Source: Basidioascus undulatus | Taxonomy: Eukaryota | Length of the DNA stretch: 39,883 nucleotides | NCBI GenBank assembly: GCA_000826855.1 | Contig: JTLS01000033.1 | Coordinates: 1 to 39,883 of the forward strand | Direction of reading: 5' to 3' | Position numbers and translations under genes: made by a program | The notes under the pieces: model-generated | The model's input: only the letters and a program-made list of their open reading frames with translations | What the model was told of the DNA's origin: nothing | Database searches by the model: none | Shown: piece after piece, positions 12,418 to 25,094 of the stretch | Layout of the letters: each line of letters starts with the position of its first letter | Position numbering within the stretch: the first letter of the stretch is position 1

Positions 12418-13709
12418 CTATCTCCCCACCCAGCGCCCCAGCAGGCCCCTGCAAACACTCGCCCTCCTCTCAAAGTAGACCGTCTCAAACAGCCCATGTC
12501 CCGCAAGGACCCGCAGCGGAGGTACGCCACTGACGAACAGCACGCCCATCATCCATACCCTGCCCGGCCAGCCGCCGACCTTCCTTGCCGCGACCTGCGT
12601 CCACAGGACCTCCCCCAGACACGCCGCGCCCGAGACGAGGAAGAAGCCCGTGAGCTCGCGGAGGGCGAGCTCGTGCGCGAGCGGCCAGAGCGCGAAGGAG
12701 TGGAACAGGCCCGAGACGGCGAATGCCCCCAGCATGTCGAGCACGCGCTTGGCGGGGTGCCGGGAGGGGAGGCAGTGAGGGAGTAGGAAGAAAGAGGGCG
12801 CGGAGCCGAGGAAGGTGAAGGAGCGCCGGATGAGGGTGTGCCACCCTTTTGCCCAGAAGAGGGCGAGGCTGTCGGTCGACCAGGGGTCGCGGAAGAGGGG
12901 CGGGCGGAACATGCGCGGGGGGAAGCGCTGGGGGGAGACGAGGAGGAGGAGGAGAGTGAGGACGTCGTAACAGAAGGTTATCCCGCATTGGATGAAGAGC
13001 GCGAAGGCGAGGGCGAGCAGGAGCGGGGAGAGCGGGGCGAGCGTGCGAGGGAGGGAGGGGATCGAGAGCGGGTTGAAAGGTGGGCGTGGAAGAGAAAGGA
13101 AGAGCGTCGAGATCGCGTCTACTGCGAGGTAGTGCTTGAGCGCGTCGAGCAGGACCCCGCGGGCGAACTCCCCCCGGGCCGGATCAGGCCCGAGGGACCG
13201 CCATTTCGGCGGGCCAAAGTCCCACCCCAGCCCACGCATAGCGAACATCAACCCCGCCGCCTCCGCCCAGCTCGTGCCCGGCTGGGACCCGTCCGCCTTC
13301 TTTGGTGGCTCGCGCAGGGCAGCGAATTCGACGGCCTTGAAGACTGCGTACGTCGCTGCGAGGCCGTGCGCGTACGCCCACGCCTTGTACGGCGGGTCGT
13401 AGCGGATGCGCATGGGCGCTAGGAGCGCAGGGAGGAGGAGCGGGAGGAGAGCGAGGCGGAGGGGGCGGGGCTGGCGCGTGAGGAGGAGGTGGGCGACGAG
13501 GAGGACGGCGAGGAGCGGAGGGAGGAGGAGGGAGTGGAAGAGCGGGTGGGAGATCGGGTAGCGCGTGGAGGGGAGCGGGGGGAAGGGGGAGGTGAGGAGA
13601 TGGAGCGTTGTTTGGACGCCGCTGTGTGACCGCCCGGGGTGAAGGGGTCAGCGTGGAGATGGGGCTTCTGGGCAGGGGAGACGCACTCGATGAGGGGGGA
13701 CAGCACCAT
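12418..13709 (-). CDS. Membrane-bound O-acyltransferase (wax synthase / MBOAT_2, TRI7-like)
   Basis: Exon 13687-13709 (MVLSPLID), intron 13622-13686 (gtgcgt..gctgac..cag), exon 12418-13621. Many hydrophobic helices; motifs RGLGWDFG, PLFRDPWSTDSLALFWAKGWH and AFAVSGLFH (catalytic His). Confidence 0.9.
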
Positions 13710-14295
13710 GGTGATAGTTCCGGAACCGGTCAATCCGAAAAGAGTTTAAATGAAAGGGTATGTCTGGAGGACAAGAGCTCGCTTCAGAAACAGCACAAAG
13801 TGGGATCAGAGGAGGGATCGTACGAGCAAAAATACAAGCCCTCCTCCGACTCCCGCGATCCGCCTGTCCGTCTGAAATACTACAGACTGCGAATCCAAGA
13901 CGCAGCGTTATCTATAATTTTCGTTACCGTCTGTTCCGGTACCCACGCACATCCGAAAAAAGATAGAGAGATGGAGAGATGGAGATGGATGCGGTACAGG
14001 AAGACAAGGGAAGAAGGCAGCGGCGACGACGAAGATGCGTTCGGACGGTGACGTAAAGGTCGAATCCGCGATCCGATTCCGCGGACACGGCGCCAGGCAC
14101 TGCAGGCACACGAAAGCCAACGCTCAAGGGAGTGTATACAAGCGAAATCAAAAGATTTCCACAAAGAAAGGACTCAGGAGTGTGTGGGTCAAGGAGCGAG
14201 TGTAGCGGGGCAGAACTGTCGACATTGGCATTTGCGCGGCATTTGGACCCCCCGCTTCCTTCGGGTGATCTTCAGCGATCGACGCACCCTGCCCG

Positions 14296-14324
14296 CTTGT
14301 TCTTGTTCTTGTTCTTGTTTGTTT
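14296..14324 (+). repeat. Short (CTTGTT)n microsatellite upstream of the kinase ATG
   Basis: cttgttcttgttcttgttcttgtttgttt read directly. Confidence 0.7.
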
Positions 14325-14389
14325 CATCAGCGCTGTCGTCCGTCTTTCCTCCCAGCCAGCCCCTCTATCGCCTACGCGCAGGAACCGAG

Positions 14390-17300
14390 ATGGAGGCCGA
14401 CCCACCGCCGGCAAAGGCAAAGGTGGAATCGGTCCTGCGCGACACCCCGCTCCTCGCCTTCTTCGACACACATGACCACCCCGCCCTCGTCCTCCCCGCC
14501 CGCCCCGGCCTGCGCGCTGCCGAGGCGCTCGCGCCAGTCTGGTCCAACCAGGCGCTCGCCCGGCTCGTGGGCACCAGGTGCTCATGGCTCGACTGCATGG
14601 GCGTGCAGGATGGGCGCAGGGTGTTTGAGTGGTTGCAGCCGGGCGGGCGGGAGGAGGGTCCGGGAGGAGGGGCACCGAAGACAGGGCTCACTGTCGATCT
14701 GCTGGGCGGGGACGGCTGGTCCTTCCGAATCTTCTTCGCAAAATCCCCCATCTCCGAGCACCTCATAGTCCTCCAAGGGTTTATCCTCGACTCCTCGCCC
14801 CCGACCGTCTCAGGCGTCACCCTCCCCGCCGAGCCCCTCATCCCACAACCCCTCGCGCCCGACTCTTTTTCCCTCGCCTCGCCCTTGCCCCACTCTCATC
14901 CGCTCGCTCCTTTGCAAGCGCTTCCCCCTTCCGAGCTTATCAAGACCTTCGACTGGACCAAGACGCCCCTCGGCCCGCAGTCGGGGTGGAGCCACAGCCT
15001 CAAGACCGCTGTCAACCTCTGTCTCGCGACGCCCTTCCAGAGCAGCGTGTGGTGGGGTCCAGAACATGTGAGTCTGCTCTTCCTGGGTCACCAGCTTAGA
15101 TTTCGTGGGTGTACTGACAGAGCTGAATGGGATGTACCAGGTCCTCATTTACAACGAGAGGCACTTCACGTCTTCTCTTTCTGCCTTTGTCTGCCATTCG
15201 CTCATCAGTTCTCTACCAAAATTCCAGCTATGTGGAGTGCGTTAAGCCCTCCTGTGATAGAGCCTTTGCACAGCAAGCTCATTCCTGCTTTACAGCGTCG
15301 CCCAAAATCGGCATCCGCACATCTTCGGGATGAAGGGTGCTGCGGCGTGGGCAGAGCTGTGGGGTGCGTGCCAGAAAGTGGCTGTGCGCGGCAGGAAGAT
15401 ATGGGGATGCTGAGCTTGGAGATTGATAACCACAGATTACCTCGGACCTCTGATGGACAAGGTCTTCCAGTGCATTCTCCGCTGCTGTCCATCCTCCTGA
15501 AACTGGATGCGCTGACGACCGAGACTACGCAGAGGACAAACTGTGGGCGCCATGGACGGTATGTCTGATTCTTTTACTTGAATCTTAATCTGTCGTTTTG
15601 CTCACACGCAGCACGCCGATCGCAGACTGCCTATAGTGAGCGTCGGCGCGTGCCTGCCTCAAGGCTGCCTTTCTGACAAAAGTCATTTCGGTAGCATGAC
15701 GCGGAGTGGGAAGGTGGAAGAGAGCTACCACTGCAAGTTCTCTTTACTCCAGCTTAATCCAGTTGTCGAGCTTTACAGCTGACACTGTTACGCCGTGCAG
15801 GCTGGGCGTGGTCCCCCATCTACGACGACGACGGGCGCATCAACGGCGCGTTTAACTTGGTGAGTTTTGTCTTTTTACGTTTGTTGGGATATACAGTGGG
15901 AGACTGATGCGCATGTGTGCGGAAACGTAGGACGTCGAGACGACGCAGCGAGTCATTGGCGAGCGCAGGCTGCTCACGCTCCGCATGCTCGGCGAGAAGA
16001 CCGCGCTTGCGCACACGGCAGTCGGTAAGTCATTGCGTTTGCAGCATCGAATTTCTCCTCCGGTGCTCATTTTGTGTGTCATAGAATATCACCAGAGCAT
16101 GTGAGTGTGTTCAAGGCGTCGCCGCGTATCGCACTTTTCTAAACGCCCCTCTCCACCAGTCTCGAGGGCCTCTGCAGCAACGCGCGCGACGTGCCCTTCG
16201 CGTTCTATTACTCCGTGCACCCCGCCGCGAGCGTCTCCTCCCCCGCGGACGACCCAACGAAGGACGACGCGCGCTCTACCACCACCTTCTCCCTCGAGCT
16301 CAACAGCCCGCCGGACAAACGTCTCCGCCTCCGGCTCGAAGGCACGATCGGCGTGCCCTCCGGCCACCCCTCCGTCCCGCCCGTCATCTTCGTCCCGCCC
16401 GACCTGAGCTCGCCCGCGGGGCAGTACGACCCCTTCGGCGTCGGCCGCGCGGCAAACGCGCACAAGCCAGTCGTCATACAGGACGTGAGGGCGCTGCTGC
16501 ACGGCATCGAGGCGAGGGGTTTCGAGGACGTCGAGGCTATCCTCAGCGGGGTCGTCCTCCTCCGTGAGTTGCGAGTTGCTCGCGCGGGACTGATTCGGGA
16601 CCTAAGAACCGTGGCTTTTGGATGAACTGCTAGCGATCCACGCGACTGAGGGCGACGGACCGGCGCAAGGCGTTCTCGTTCTCGGGCTCAATCCACTTCG
16701 GCCTTGGGATAAGGACTACCGAAAGTGGATCGACGTGTGCGTACCTTCGCGTTCTGGAACTGTTTTCATCCACTTCAACTGACCCACAACTTCATGTGCA
16801 CAGCCTCAACATGCGTGCGCATCTCCGTCCCTCCCTGTAAAGTTTCACCGCTCAACCTTTGACTCTATACGCAGAGCTCCCATCCAGTCTGGCTGCGGTC
16901 CTCTCGTACGAATCGACAGTCAAACGGTGAGGCCTTTTCAACACATGGCTTGTTGGACCGAGCTCACAAGTGTTTTGCCAGGGCGGAGGAGCTCTCGGCT
17001 CAGGATCGGAGCAAGGCAGGCTTGCTTTCCACTCATCTCATTGCTCACTGCGACAGCTTACAGAACCGCCTGCCAGACTGCCTTCTTCTCGAACGTCTCG
17101 CACGAGCTTCGAACGTATGTCTACCCCTCTCCACGACAGCGTCGCTATCCTGTTGTCTAATGTGTGTTCCGATTCCAGGCTTCTTGTGAGACTTTACTTT
17201 CGTATTGGCCGTTCCCTCGGACTTGCTGACTTGGGCAACACTCAAAGACTTTGGTTCACGGACCTGTCGAGGGTAAGCCGTTTGTTGCCCTTGCCAGGCG

Positions 17301-20300
17301 CACGCCGTTCATTTCTGGGCCACTCCCGCAGACTGCCTGAACGACAAAGAGCTGCCCACGCGCACGCGCAACAGTCTCCGCCTCGTGCAGCGCAACGCGA
17401 ACCGGCTGCTGCGCCTCGTCAACTCGCTGCTCGACTTTTCCTCTGTCGAGGCCGGGCGGCTGAAGGCCAACTACCGACCGATCCAGATCGCGGCGTTCAC
17501 GGCGGATCTTGCCGCGCTCTTCCGGAGCGCGATCGAGAGCGGCGGGATCGCGTACAATGTCGACTGCCAGGAGAAGGAGCAGCGCGGACTGGTCGCTTCG
17601 GTCGACCCGGACATGTGGGAGAAGATCGTAAGACCCGGCTCACGGAGAAGCTTGCATCGTGCGACGACTGCTGACTGTGCGACTGGCATAGGTGTTCAAC
17701 CTCCTTGGAAACGCGTTCAAGGTCAGGATGTCGCGTTTGAGCCAGTGCCATACACGTCCCTGACCAAGCCGCTTGGTTCCGCCGCGAGCAGTATACCCTC
17801 AAAGGTCGCATCAGCTGCAGTCTCCGGCAGGTTGGAGACGACGCCGTGTTGACAGTGGAAGACGTGCGTATGCTACTCTCGTACATCGCAAGGCTCCATA
17901 CTTGCAAAGCTGAATTATTTGTGCGCAGACCGGCATCGGAAGTACGTTCCACGCCCCCCATGTTATCGCGCAATTTGCCGCCCAGACTCTGATGCACTCT
18001 CTTGATTTAGTTCCACCGTCCGAGCTGCCGAAGATCTTCGAGTGCGTAGTTTGTGTTTTGCCCTGATCCAATCACCGACACTGATTGCAACCGGCGTCTG
18101 CAGACGCTTCCACCGTGTCATGGAGGCTGAGGGGAGATCGCACGAGGGCTCAGGTATTGGCTTGAGTTCGTTGTCGGCTGTGATTCCACGGTTCTCGCCT
18201 ACTGCTGACGGCTGCCGCTTGCCCTTCCGCTCTGCAGGTTTCACGCAAGAGCTCGTCCGCCTCCTCAATGGCAGTATTAATGTCACGAGCGACTTCGACA
18301 CTTCGTCGGACGGTTCCGGCAAGCACGGCTGTCAGTCGTTGGCATCGTTTTCGCAAGTTCGAACTATCCTGACATCGCTACCAATGTGCAGCGTGCTTCC
18401 AGGTGCGCGTCCCGTTGATCCCTTCGGATCACACGCTCTTGCAGCAGCCGGCAAAGGAGGACGCTCCGCCGCCCCGAGACATGAGCTTTGCTCAGGGCAT
18501 TGTAGCCGAGGCAAATGTAACATCTTGGTTCTTCTCGTAGGTAAACACGCCCGAGCACTCAGTTTGACACCACCCCCTTTTCAGCGATGGGTCGAAGGCA
18601 GTGACGATTCGGAGCCGTCCTCCGCAGGCAGTTCCTCGGGTTCCGAATCGTGGGAGCATACACTCATATTCGACAAGGTGAAGCGACCGTCCTGAGCGGA
18701 CGTTGCGGTCGCCTGAGCGCAAGCTAACGCTTGCATTCCAATAGTCGGACAAGATCCTCATTGTGGACGACAATGCAGGCAAGTGACCTGACGAAGATGG
18801 ATGAGCTCGCCCGTGGGCGCTGACCTGGATGCGTTTCCTCAGATATGCGCAGCTACATCCGCTCCGTGATCTCTCCGTTCTGCAAGGTCATCGAGGCGCG
18901 AGACGGGCAAGAAGGGCGTGTGTCCCAATTGCTCTTTCTTCCAACTTCGCCGGTTTTGTCGTACTGACACTTGCTTCCAATGTCGCTGCCCGCAGTCGAC
19001 AAGGCGATCTCTGAGCGACCAAATCTCGTGCTCTCCGACATCACCATGCCAAAACTCGACGGCTTTGAACTCCTGTTCGCGCTCCGAAACCGTCCGGATA
19101 CCAAGCTTCTCCCAATCATACGTCAGTACCGACATTCCTTGGACTTTCCTTGTCTTCCGTTACTGAAGACGCCTGTTTCTTCGCAGTCCTCACCGCTCGA
19201 GCCGGACCAGAGGCCGCGGTAGACGGGCTGCTTCAGGGCGCTGACGACTACCTTTGCAAGCGTGAGTATCGCTGCACTTGCCAGCAACCTATCGGTTGAG
19301 CTAACCTAGCATCTCGTCGCCTCAAGCGTTTAGAACTCGTGAACTTATCGCTCGCGTGTTTGTTCACGCAGGCTGGGGCAAGAAGTGTGTTGATCCACTG
19401 TTCTAGCTTTTCGTTGCTCAAGTGTTTAAAACCGAAATTATTCCATAGACGAATTCAGTTGGAAAAGGAGTTCTCTGATCGAGTATGTCGACTCTGAAAG
19501 CGCATTGTCTCTCGGCCAACTGACTACGACCGTCTTTATCAACAGATGCTCGAACATCGTTCGCCCCCTCAATGCTAACCCATCGTCTTGAGCTAACCAA
19601 TGCTGATATGATATCTTTTCTTGAAGGGACGATGACCGACTCGTACGCCCCTTCCAAAACTTGTACATTCCCAAATCGATTGCTAAGGTGTTGTCGTCTC
19701 ACGCAGCGCGCCATGTGGGATCTTCCGCGGCGTCCTCTCAACCGGACATATCTGTATGCCGCACAGACCCAATCACTTTGCCCGGTTCTGATCATAACTC
19801 AACTTGCAGCCTACGTCAACGCTAAGTGGCATGAGGTGTGTGGACATTCTGAGCGCCATAGCGCACAACCCTGACCTGCGGGAGTGGCACGCTGCAGTTT
19901 GTTGGTTGCCCGGTCACGACGAAGCCGGACGACTGGGGACCCTACATCCACACCGACAGCTTGCCAGAAATTGGTAAGCACTTTCGGTTGTTGGACGATA
20001 ACTGGAGCGACGTTTGCTGAAAGCAAATTGCAGAGCGACTTTGGGGCGGTGCACTGAAACACCACATGAGCGGCGCGGGCGAAATCAAGCTCGCAGGTGC
20101 GCTGACTGTATCGTGACCCTGCAAAGCGTAAGCTGACCTGCACTGTCTGCAGACGGTCGTTGGATTTGGGTGTCGCTTGTCATTATGGAGGAGCTTGACA
20201 TTCTGTACGTTTCAGGCGGTTGTAGTCATAATTGCCGTACTTTTACTGATTTCGTCTGGCATTGCAGGTTCGGCGTGGTCCTTGGTGCGCTTTCTGCTCT

Positions 20301-23196
20301 GCTCAGGCAATACTAACGACGCATCATTACTCATCTGTGAGAGTCGGTGTGTGAACTCCCAGAAATCTCGGATCGCAAGGCTCTCGCGGCAGCTCAAAGG
20401 CTCGCTGCCGAGATGAAGGAGAGCGACCTTCGCCGAAGGGCTGAAGAGGCAGAGCAGCGCCGGCTCGAAGTCGAGGAGCAGAAACGCGCGCAGGAACATT
20501 TCATAGGCAAGTCCAGCACGCGCTGCCCCGTTGTCCTGCTTACTTACTAGCTATTTCCAGACGTTACGAGTCATGAGATCCGAAACCCGATCAGGTTCGC
20601 CGTCGCGTGTCTCGAGTCTTTCATGCATCAGTAACTTACATGATAACATTCAACAGCGGCGTCCTACAGAACAGCGAGCTGGTGGCTGCAGTACGTGCCC
20701 CAGTTTATTTGCTTTATGTCGTTTTTGGCCTGCAAGGAGCAATTTCTGACAACAGCGCAACGCAGAACCTGACTCAACTGCATGATAACCTCGTTACGTG
20801 CCTCGAGGAGCAGGTACCGTTCACGCCTACTCGCGAGCTGATCGACGAGCTCTCGCTGGACCTCGAGGCACTTTCAAGCATACACCAATGGTAGTGTTCA
20901 CCAAAGACGGTTCTGGCATGAAAACCGATCTGACGTCTGTCGCAGCTCGCGGGCTCAGGAGCGCATCGCGAACGAGTACGTGGTCTTCCCCTTCGCGCTT
21001 CCCCCATTGGTACTCACAATTCTTGGGCGTCATCAGTATCCTTCGATTGGCACAAATCGAATTAAAGACGTTGCAGATCCACGGTGTACCCTTCAACGTT
21101 CAACACGAAGCTCGCAAAACGGTCGACATCTTCAAGGCATGTTCTTTCGGAGCCTCGATTGTTTACCCTTCTACTGACCTCGGTTACATACGAGACAGAA
21201 CGAAGCGGTGCGTGTGATTGGGAGGAGAGGCGGGACGGGCTAATTTGCCGCAGCCATGATCCTCAAGCGTCTTTGCTCCTGGCCAACAGAAAGCCAAGGG
21301 CATCGACCTTGCCCTGTCGTTCGGCGATTCGCTTAAAGAGCTGGGCCTAGTGGAGCTCGTAGCGGACCCTATGCGCATCGGGCAGGTCATGATCAACCTC
21401 CTCTCGAAGTAAGTCTGCCATTCCGGCCCGCGAGACCCATCCTGTTCCGCGCTGAATTGCCGTCTCGCAGCGCCGTCCGCTTCACCGAACGCAGCTTCGT
21501 CAAACGCGTCCGCATCCATCTCGATGCTTCGCTCCTTGCGCCTGGCCCAGATGACCCGATCGTGCCGCCTCCCGCCGCCTTCGCCATCGATACCCGTCCG
21601 CTGGCATCGATGGACGGTGATGTCTACCTCTACTGCGCATGCTCAGATACGGGCGAGGGTATCGACGAGAAGGACCAGCCGCTCCTGTTCCGAAGATTCA
21701 CACAGGTACGAAGTCTTGTTCTCGGCGGATGCGTTTTTCATACCGCGGCTAAACGCGCGTGGGGGCACTCGCAGACGTCGGCTAGCGTCCACAGTAAGTC
21801 GTTTCGTTGACCAAATGTTTATGTATTTTTGCTCATCCTGTTTTTCCAGCTGTGTTCGGTGGCTCAGGCTTGTCCGGCACCAATTCGCTGTTCTGGATGT
21901 GCTTTCATTCTTACTGACTCAACGTTCACAGGGGTCTTTTCGTGTGCAGACAGCTCTGCGAGGTTCGCACTCTTCCCTCCTCTTGGCACGCCTTTGCCCG
22001 CTCATGAACCCTTTCTCATACAGCTTCTCGGAGGTCGGATAGAGGTTTGCCGTGCATCTCCCCTTGTGTTCACGCGAGTATTGACACTTCAATACAGGTC
22101 GTTAGCCGCCTCGGCGAAGGCAGCACGTTCCGTTTCTACGTGCGCGCCCAGCGCGTTGCACCGGCTCCACTGCTTGCACCGATCTCGCAGAGCAGCACAT
22201 CCAAACGGCCCAAACTCGTTACGCGGTCCTCCAAAGGCAACGAATCGTGGCGAGTCCTGGTGGTCGAGGTAAGCTTGCCCTGCGTCAGCCCGAGTCGTCC
22301 GCGCTCATAGAGCGTCTGCCATCTCCCCTCAGGACAATCCAATCAGTATGCCTGCGAGGTTCAGGCTTCCATTCAAGTTCATTTGACGCTTACCCGATTC
22401 CGTAAGACGCAACTGTGCTTCGGCGACAACTCTCGAAGGCCGGTCATGATGTGGACGTAGCGACAAACGGTCTGGAAGGTTCGTCTCATGTTGGGCTCAT
22501 CGCTCCGCAGTCGATGTGCTGACTGTAGCCAAGACAGGCCTCGAGGCAATCAAGCGGTCCTTAATCGGCGACAATGGCCAGATGCCTTACGACTGTGTCC
22601 TGTGAGCGAAACGCTTGTCCATTGCTAGCAAACGTATCCTGCTAACTCTTTCTGTCACTGCAGGATGGACCTCGTTCGTCATTTACTACTCCCTCCTTTT
22701 GCGCTGATGCACGCTGATGCACTGACTCTGACATTGTCATCATCTGTACAGGAGATGCCGGGTCAGTCACTACATCCACCCCCCTACCCTGCTGCGACCC
22801 TCCTGATACTTCCCGTTGCCAGTCATGGACGGTCTGTCTGCCGTTTCCGAGCTCCGCCGACTCGAAGCAAGCGGAGCGATCACGCTACACCATCTCGTCA
22901 TCGCCAGTATGCACTTCATCATCCTCCTCCCTTTCCGCCTGCTGACAAGCTGGTCTCTCGCTGCAGTCACCGGCAACGCCCGTCCAGCGCAGAAGGACGC
23001 CGCTCTCGCAGCCGGTGCGGATCGCGTCTCATCCATTCCTCTCATCACACATTCATACTAACCACCTAGCTGTCGGGCATCCATTCTAACAGGCATGGAC
23101 GACATGTTCACCAAGCCATACCGCATCGAGCAGGTGCTCGCGACCATGCGCACGATGATCGCAGCCGCGGCCGCGCGAGTTCTCTCTTCCGCATAA
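14390..23196 (+). CDS. Dual hybrid sensor histidine kinase (PAS/GAF - HisKA - HATPase - REC - PAS - HisKA - HATPase - REC), Cryptococcus Tco2-like architecture
   Basis: ATG 14390; FDWTKTPLGP sensor motif; H-box 1 FFSNVSHELRT (His 17101-17103); N-box VFNLLGNAFKYT; G-box RSHEGSGIG; REC1 ILIVDDNADMR..LVLSDITMPKLDG (Asp 19037-19039); H-box 2 FIDVTSHEIRNP (His 20572-20574); VMINLLSNAVRFT, SDTGEGI, FGGSGL; REC2 VLVVEDNPIN..VLMDLEMPVMDG..TGNA..TKPY; TAA 23194-23196. Roughly 50 or more short introns by eye; not every exon was resolved. Confidence 0.93.
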
Positions 23197-23687
23197 ACCC
23201 CGTATTTCATTCACGCATATGTTTTCACATATGCGTAGACTACTTTTCAACACTCTTCTTTCACCGCTCCGGCCTATCTTGCTATTCCCCCGAAGCGCCC
23301 CATCAGCGACGTACTTGCATAAGCATCCGCTTTGATGTATACCTCACCTCGAACTCTTCGCACACCCTCAGCAGGGAGAATCCAGAACAGGGGCAATGCA
23401 CGTGACATGTTGTTTATAGCGTGTAATAGTCGCGGTGCGACACCCAACCAAGGCAAACACCTGCCTCATGGACGTACTGCCCTGCTGACGACACACAGCC
23501 GGTACGTTATCGTCTGCAGGCTGTTCGCCAACGCCACCCTCGCAAACGGCAAGTCTTCAACCAGACTGCGCAGATATGAACATGCCAGCACGTGTATAGT
23601 TTATCAAACGCGCCAAGAGGACTGGGACTCTGGCAGTCTACACGAACCACGACATGGCCCAACGCTCGCGCCTTCCCTTGCGGAGAT

Positions 23688-24623
23688 TTACCAACCCCCG
23701 CCGCCGTGGTAGTGTCCACCATGGTGTCCGCCGTGGTGCCCGCCGTGGTGGCCGTAGCCGCCGCTGCCGCCCCACTGCCCCGCTGGCGGTCCATGGTGTC
23801 CTATCCGCACCCAACTATGCCGATCAGTACCAAGCATTCGTCCTCCAAACTCGCCACCGCCAGTCCGAGCCAGACTCACCTCCTCCGCCGAGCAAGCTAC
23901 CCAGTCCGCCTGCCAGCCCGCCCCCGCTACCACCATGGTGCCCGTGCCCACCGCCGCCCGCAAGCTTCCCCACGAGTCCTCCAAGCCCACCGCCTCCACC
24001 ATGGTGTCCACCATGCCCACCGTGCCCGTGCTTGCCGCCCCCCAAGCCGGACGCGAGCTTCCCTGCGACGGCCGCGAGCGCGACGCCTCCCAGGCCCGCA
24101 GCGACAACTTTTCCTATCCCGCGCTCGCCCTCCGCACCGGCGCCCGGCTGCAGCGGCTCGGCCTGGCTGGGGTACGGTGCGGCCGCGGAGGCGGCGGGCG
24201 AAGGCGCGTACGGCGAGGGCGAGGGGCTCGGCGCCGCGGTGGAGTAGGGCTCGTTCGAAGGCGGCGCGCCTGGGGGAGGCGCGAAGAGAGGGTTCGTCCG
24301 CGGGTCGTCCCACGTTATGTGCGGGGGGACTTGGAGGGTGCTTTTGGAAAGGGAAGGGAGGTCAGGCCGCGTTTGGGGGAGAAGTGGGGATGAGGTGGAC
24401 GCACTCGACGTAGTACCACGCCTGGTTGTTCGTGTCCCACTCTTTGATCCTAAGCCCCCCAAACGCCCAACATCAGCTTTCTAGCCCCCCTCATCGAGCT
24501 TTGATTGGACACAAAGACGAACCACCCGTTAGGGAGTGGCGGCTCTCCGCCAGGCGGAGCCGCGGTGGTGTGCGTCGGCGCGGCCGAACCGTACGGCGAT
24601 GGGTTTGGGAACGCGTAGGACAT
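23688..24623 (-). CDS. WW-domain protein with Pro/Tyr-rich middle and Gly/His-rich tail (Wwm1-like)
   Basis: ATG 24623. Splicing across two introns gives LPNGWIKEWDTNNQAWYYVDTLQVPPHITWDDPR (W..YY..W..P WW signature). Then GERGIGKVVAAGLGG and GHHGG repeats; after a third intron the last exon ends GGGGW* at 23688. Confidence 0.88.
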
Positions 24624-25094
24624 GGACGTTGCTTTGTTTGGTGTGAAGCGGTGCGTGAAATAGAGAATGGAAGCCTGCTGATGATGGGAGGAAGACAAGC
24701 AAGACAGGGCGAGGCTGCGGAAGGGCCGGCGGGGTGCGCGCCAAGCTGGGCGGTGCAGTGCGTCATTCGACAACATCGCTCGCTCGCTGTGAATGGATCC
24801 TCAGACAGCTGCCATCCACGGCTTTCAATGTTGTTCGCATTTTGAAGAAACATGTTTCATTTTCCATCTCAGAAGGGCGGTGTACTCTGTTAAGTGGGCG
24901 GGCGGCGCTCCGAATCGACGGCGAGAGGCAGCCTGCCGGCTCCTCCGGCCCGCTATCAAGCCGGCCTTCAATCGCAACATCATCTCACTGCCTTCTTCCT
25001 TCTTCTCTCCCACCATCTCAACAGTTTCCCTCATTCCCCTGGTCAAGGCCCACGATTTCCTATTGAAATACGACACTGACGACGAGGTTCAACA

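Noticed and set aside
14132..15568. 478-aa ORF as a stand-alone gene
   Set aside because: It reads through introns of the kinase (donor at ~15068). The real start is probably ATG 14390.
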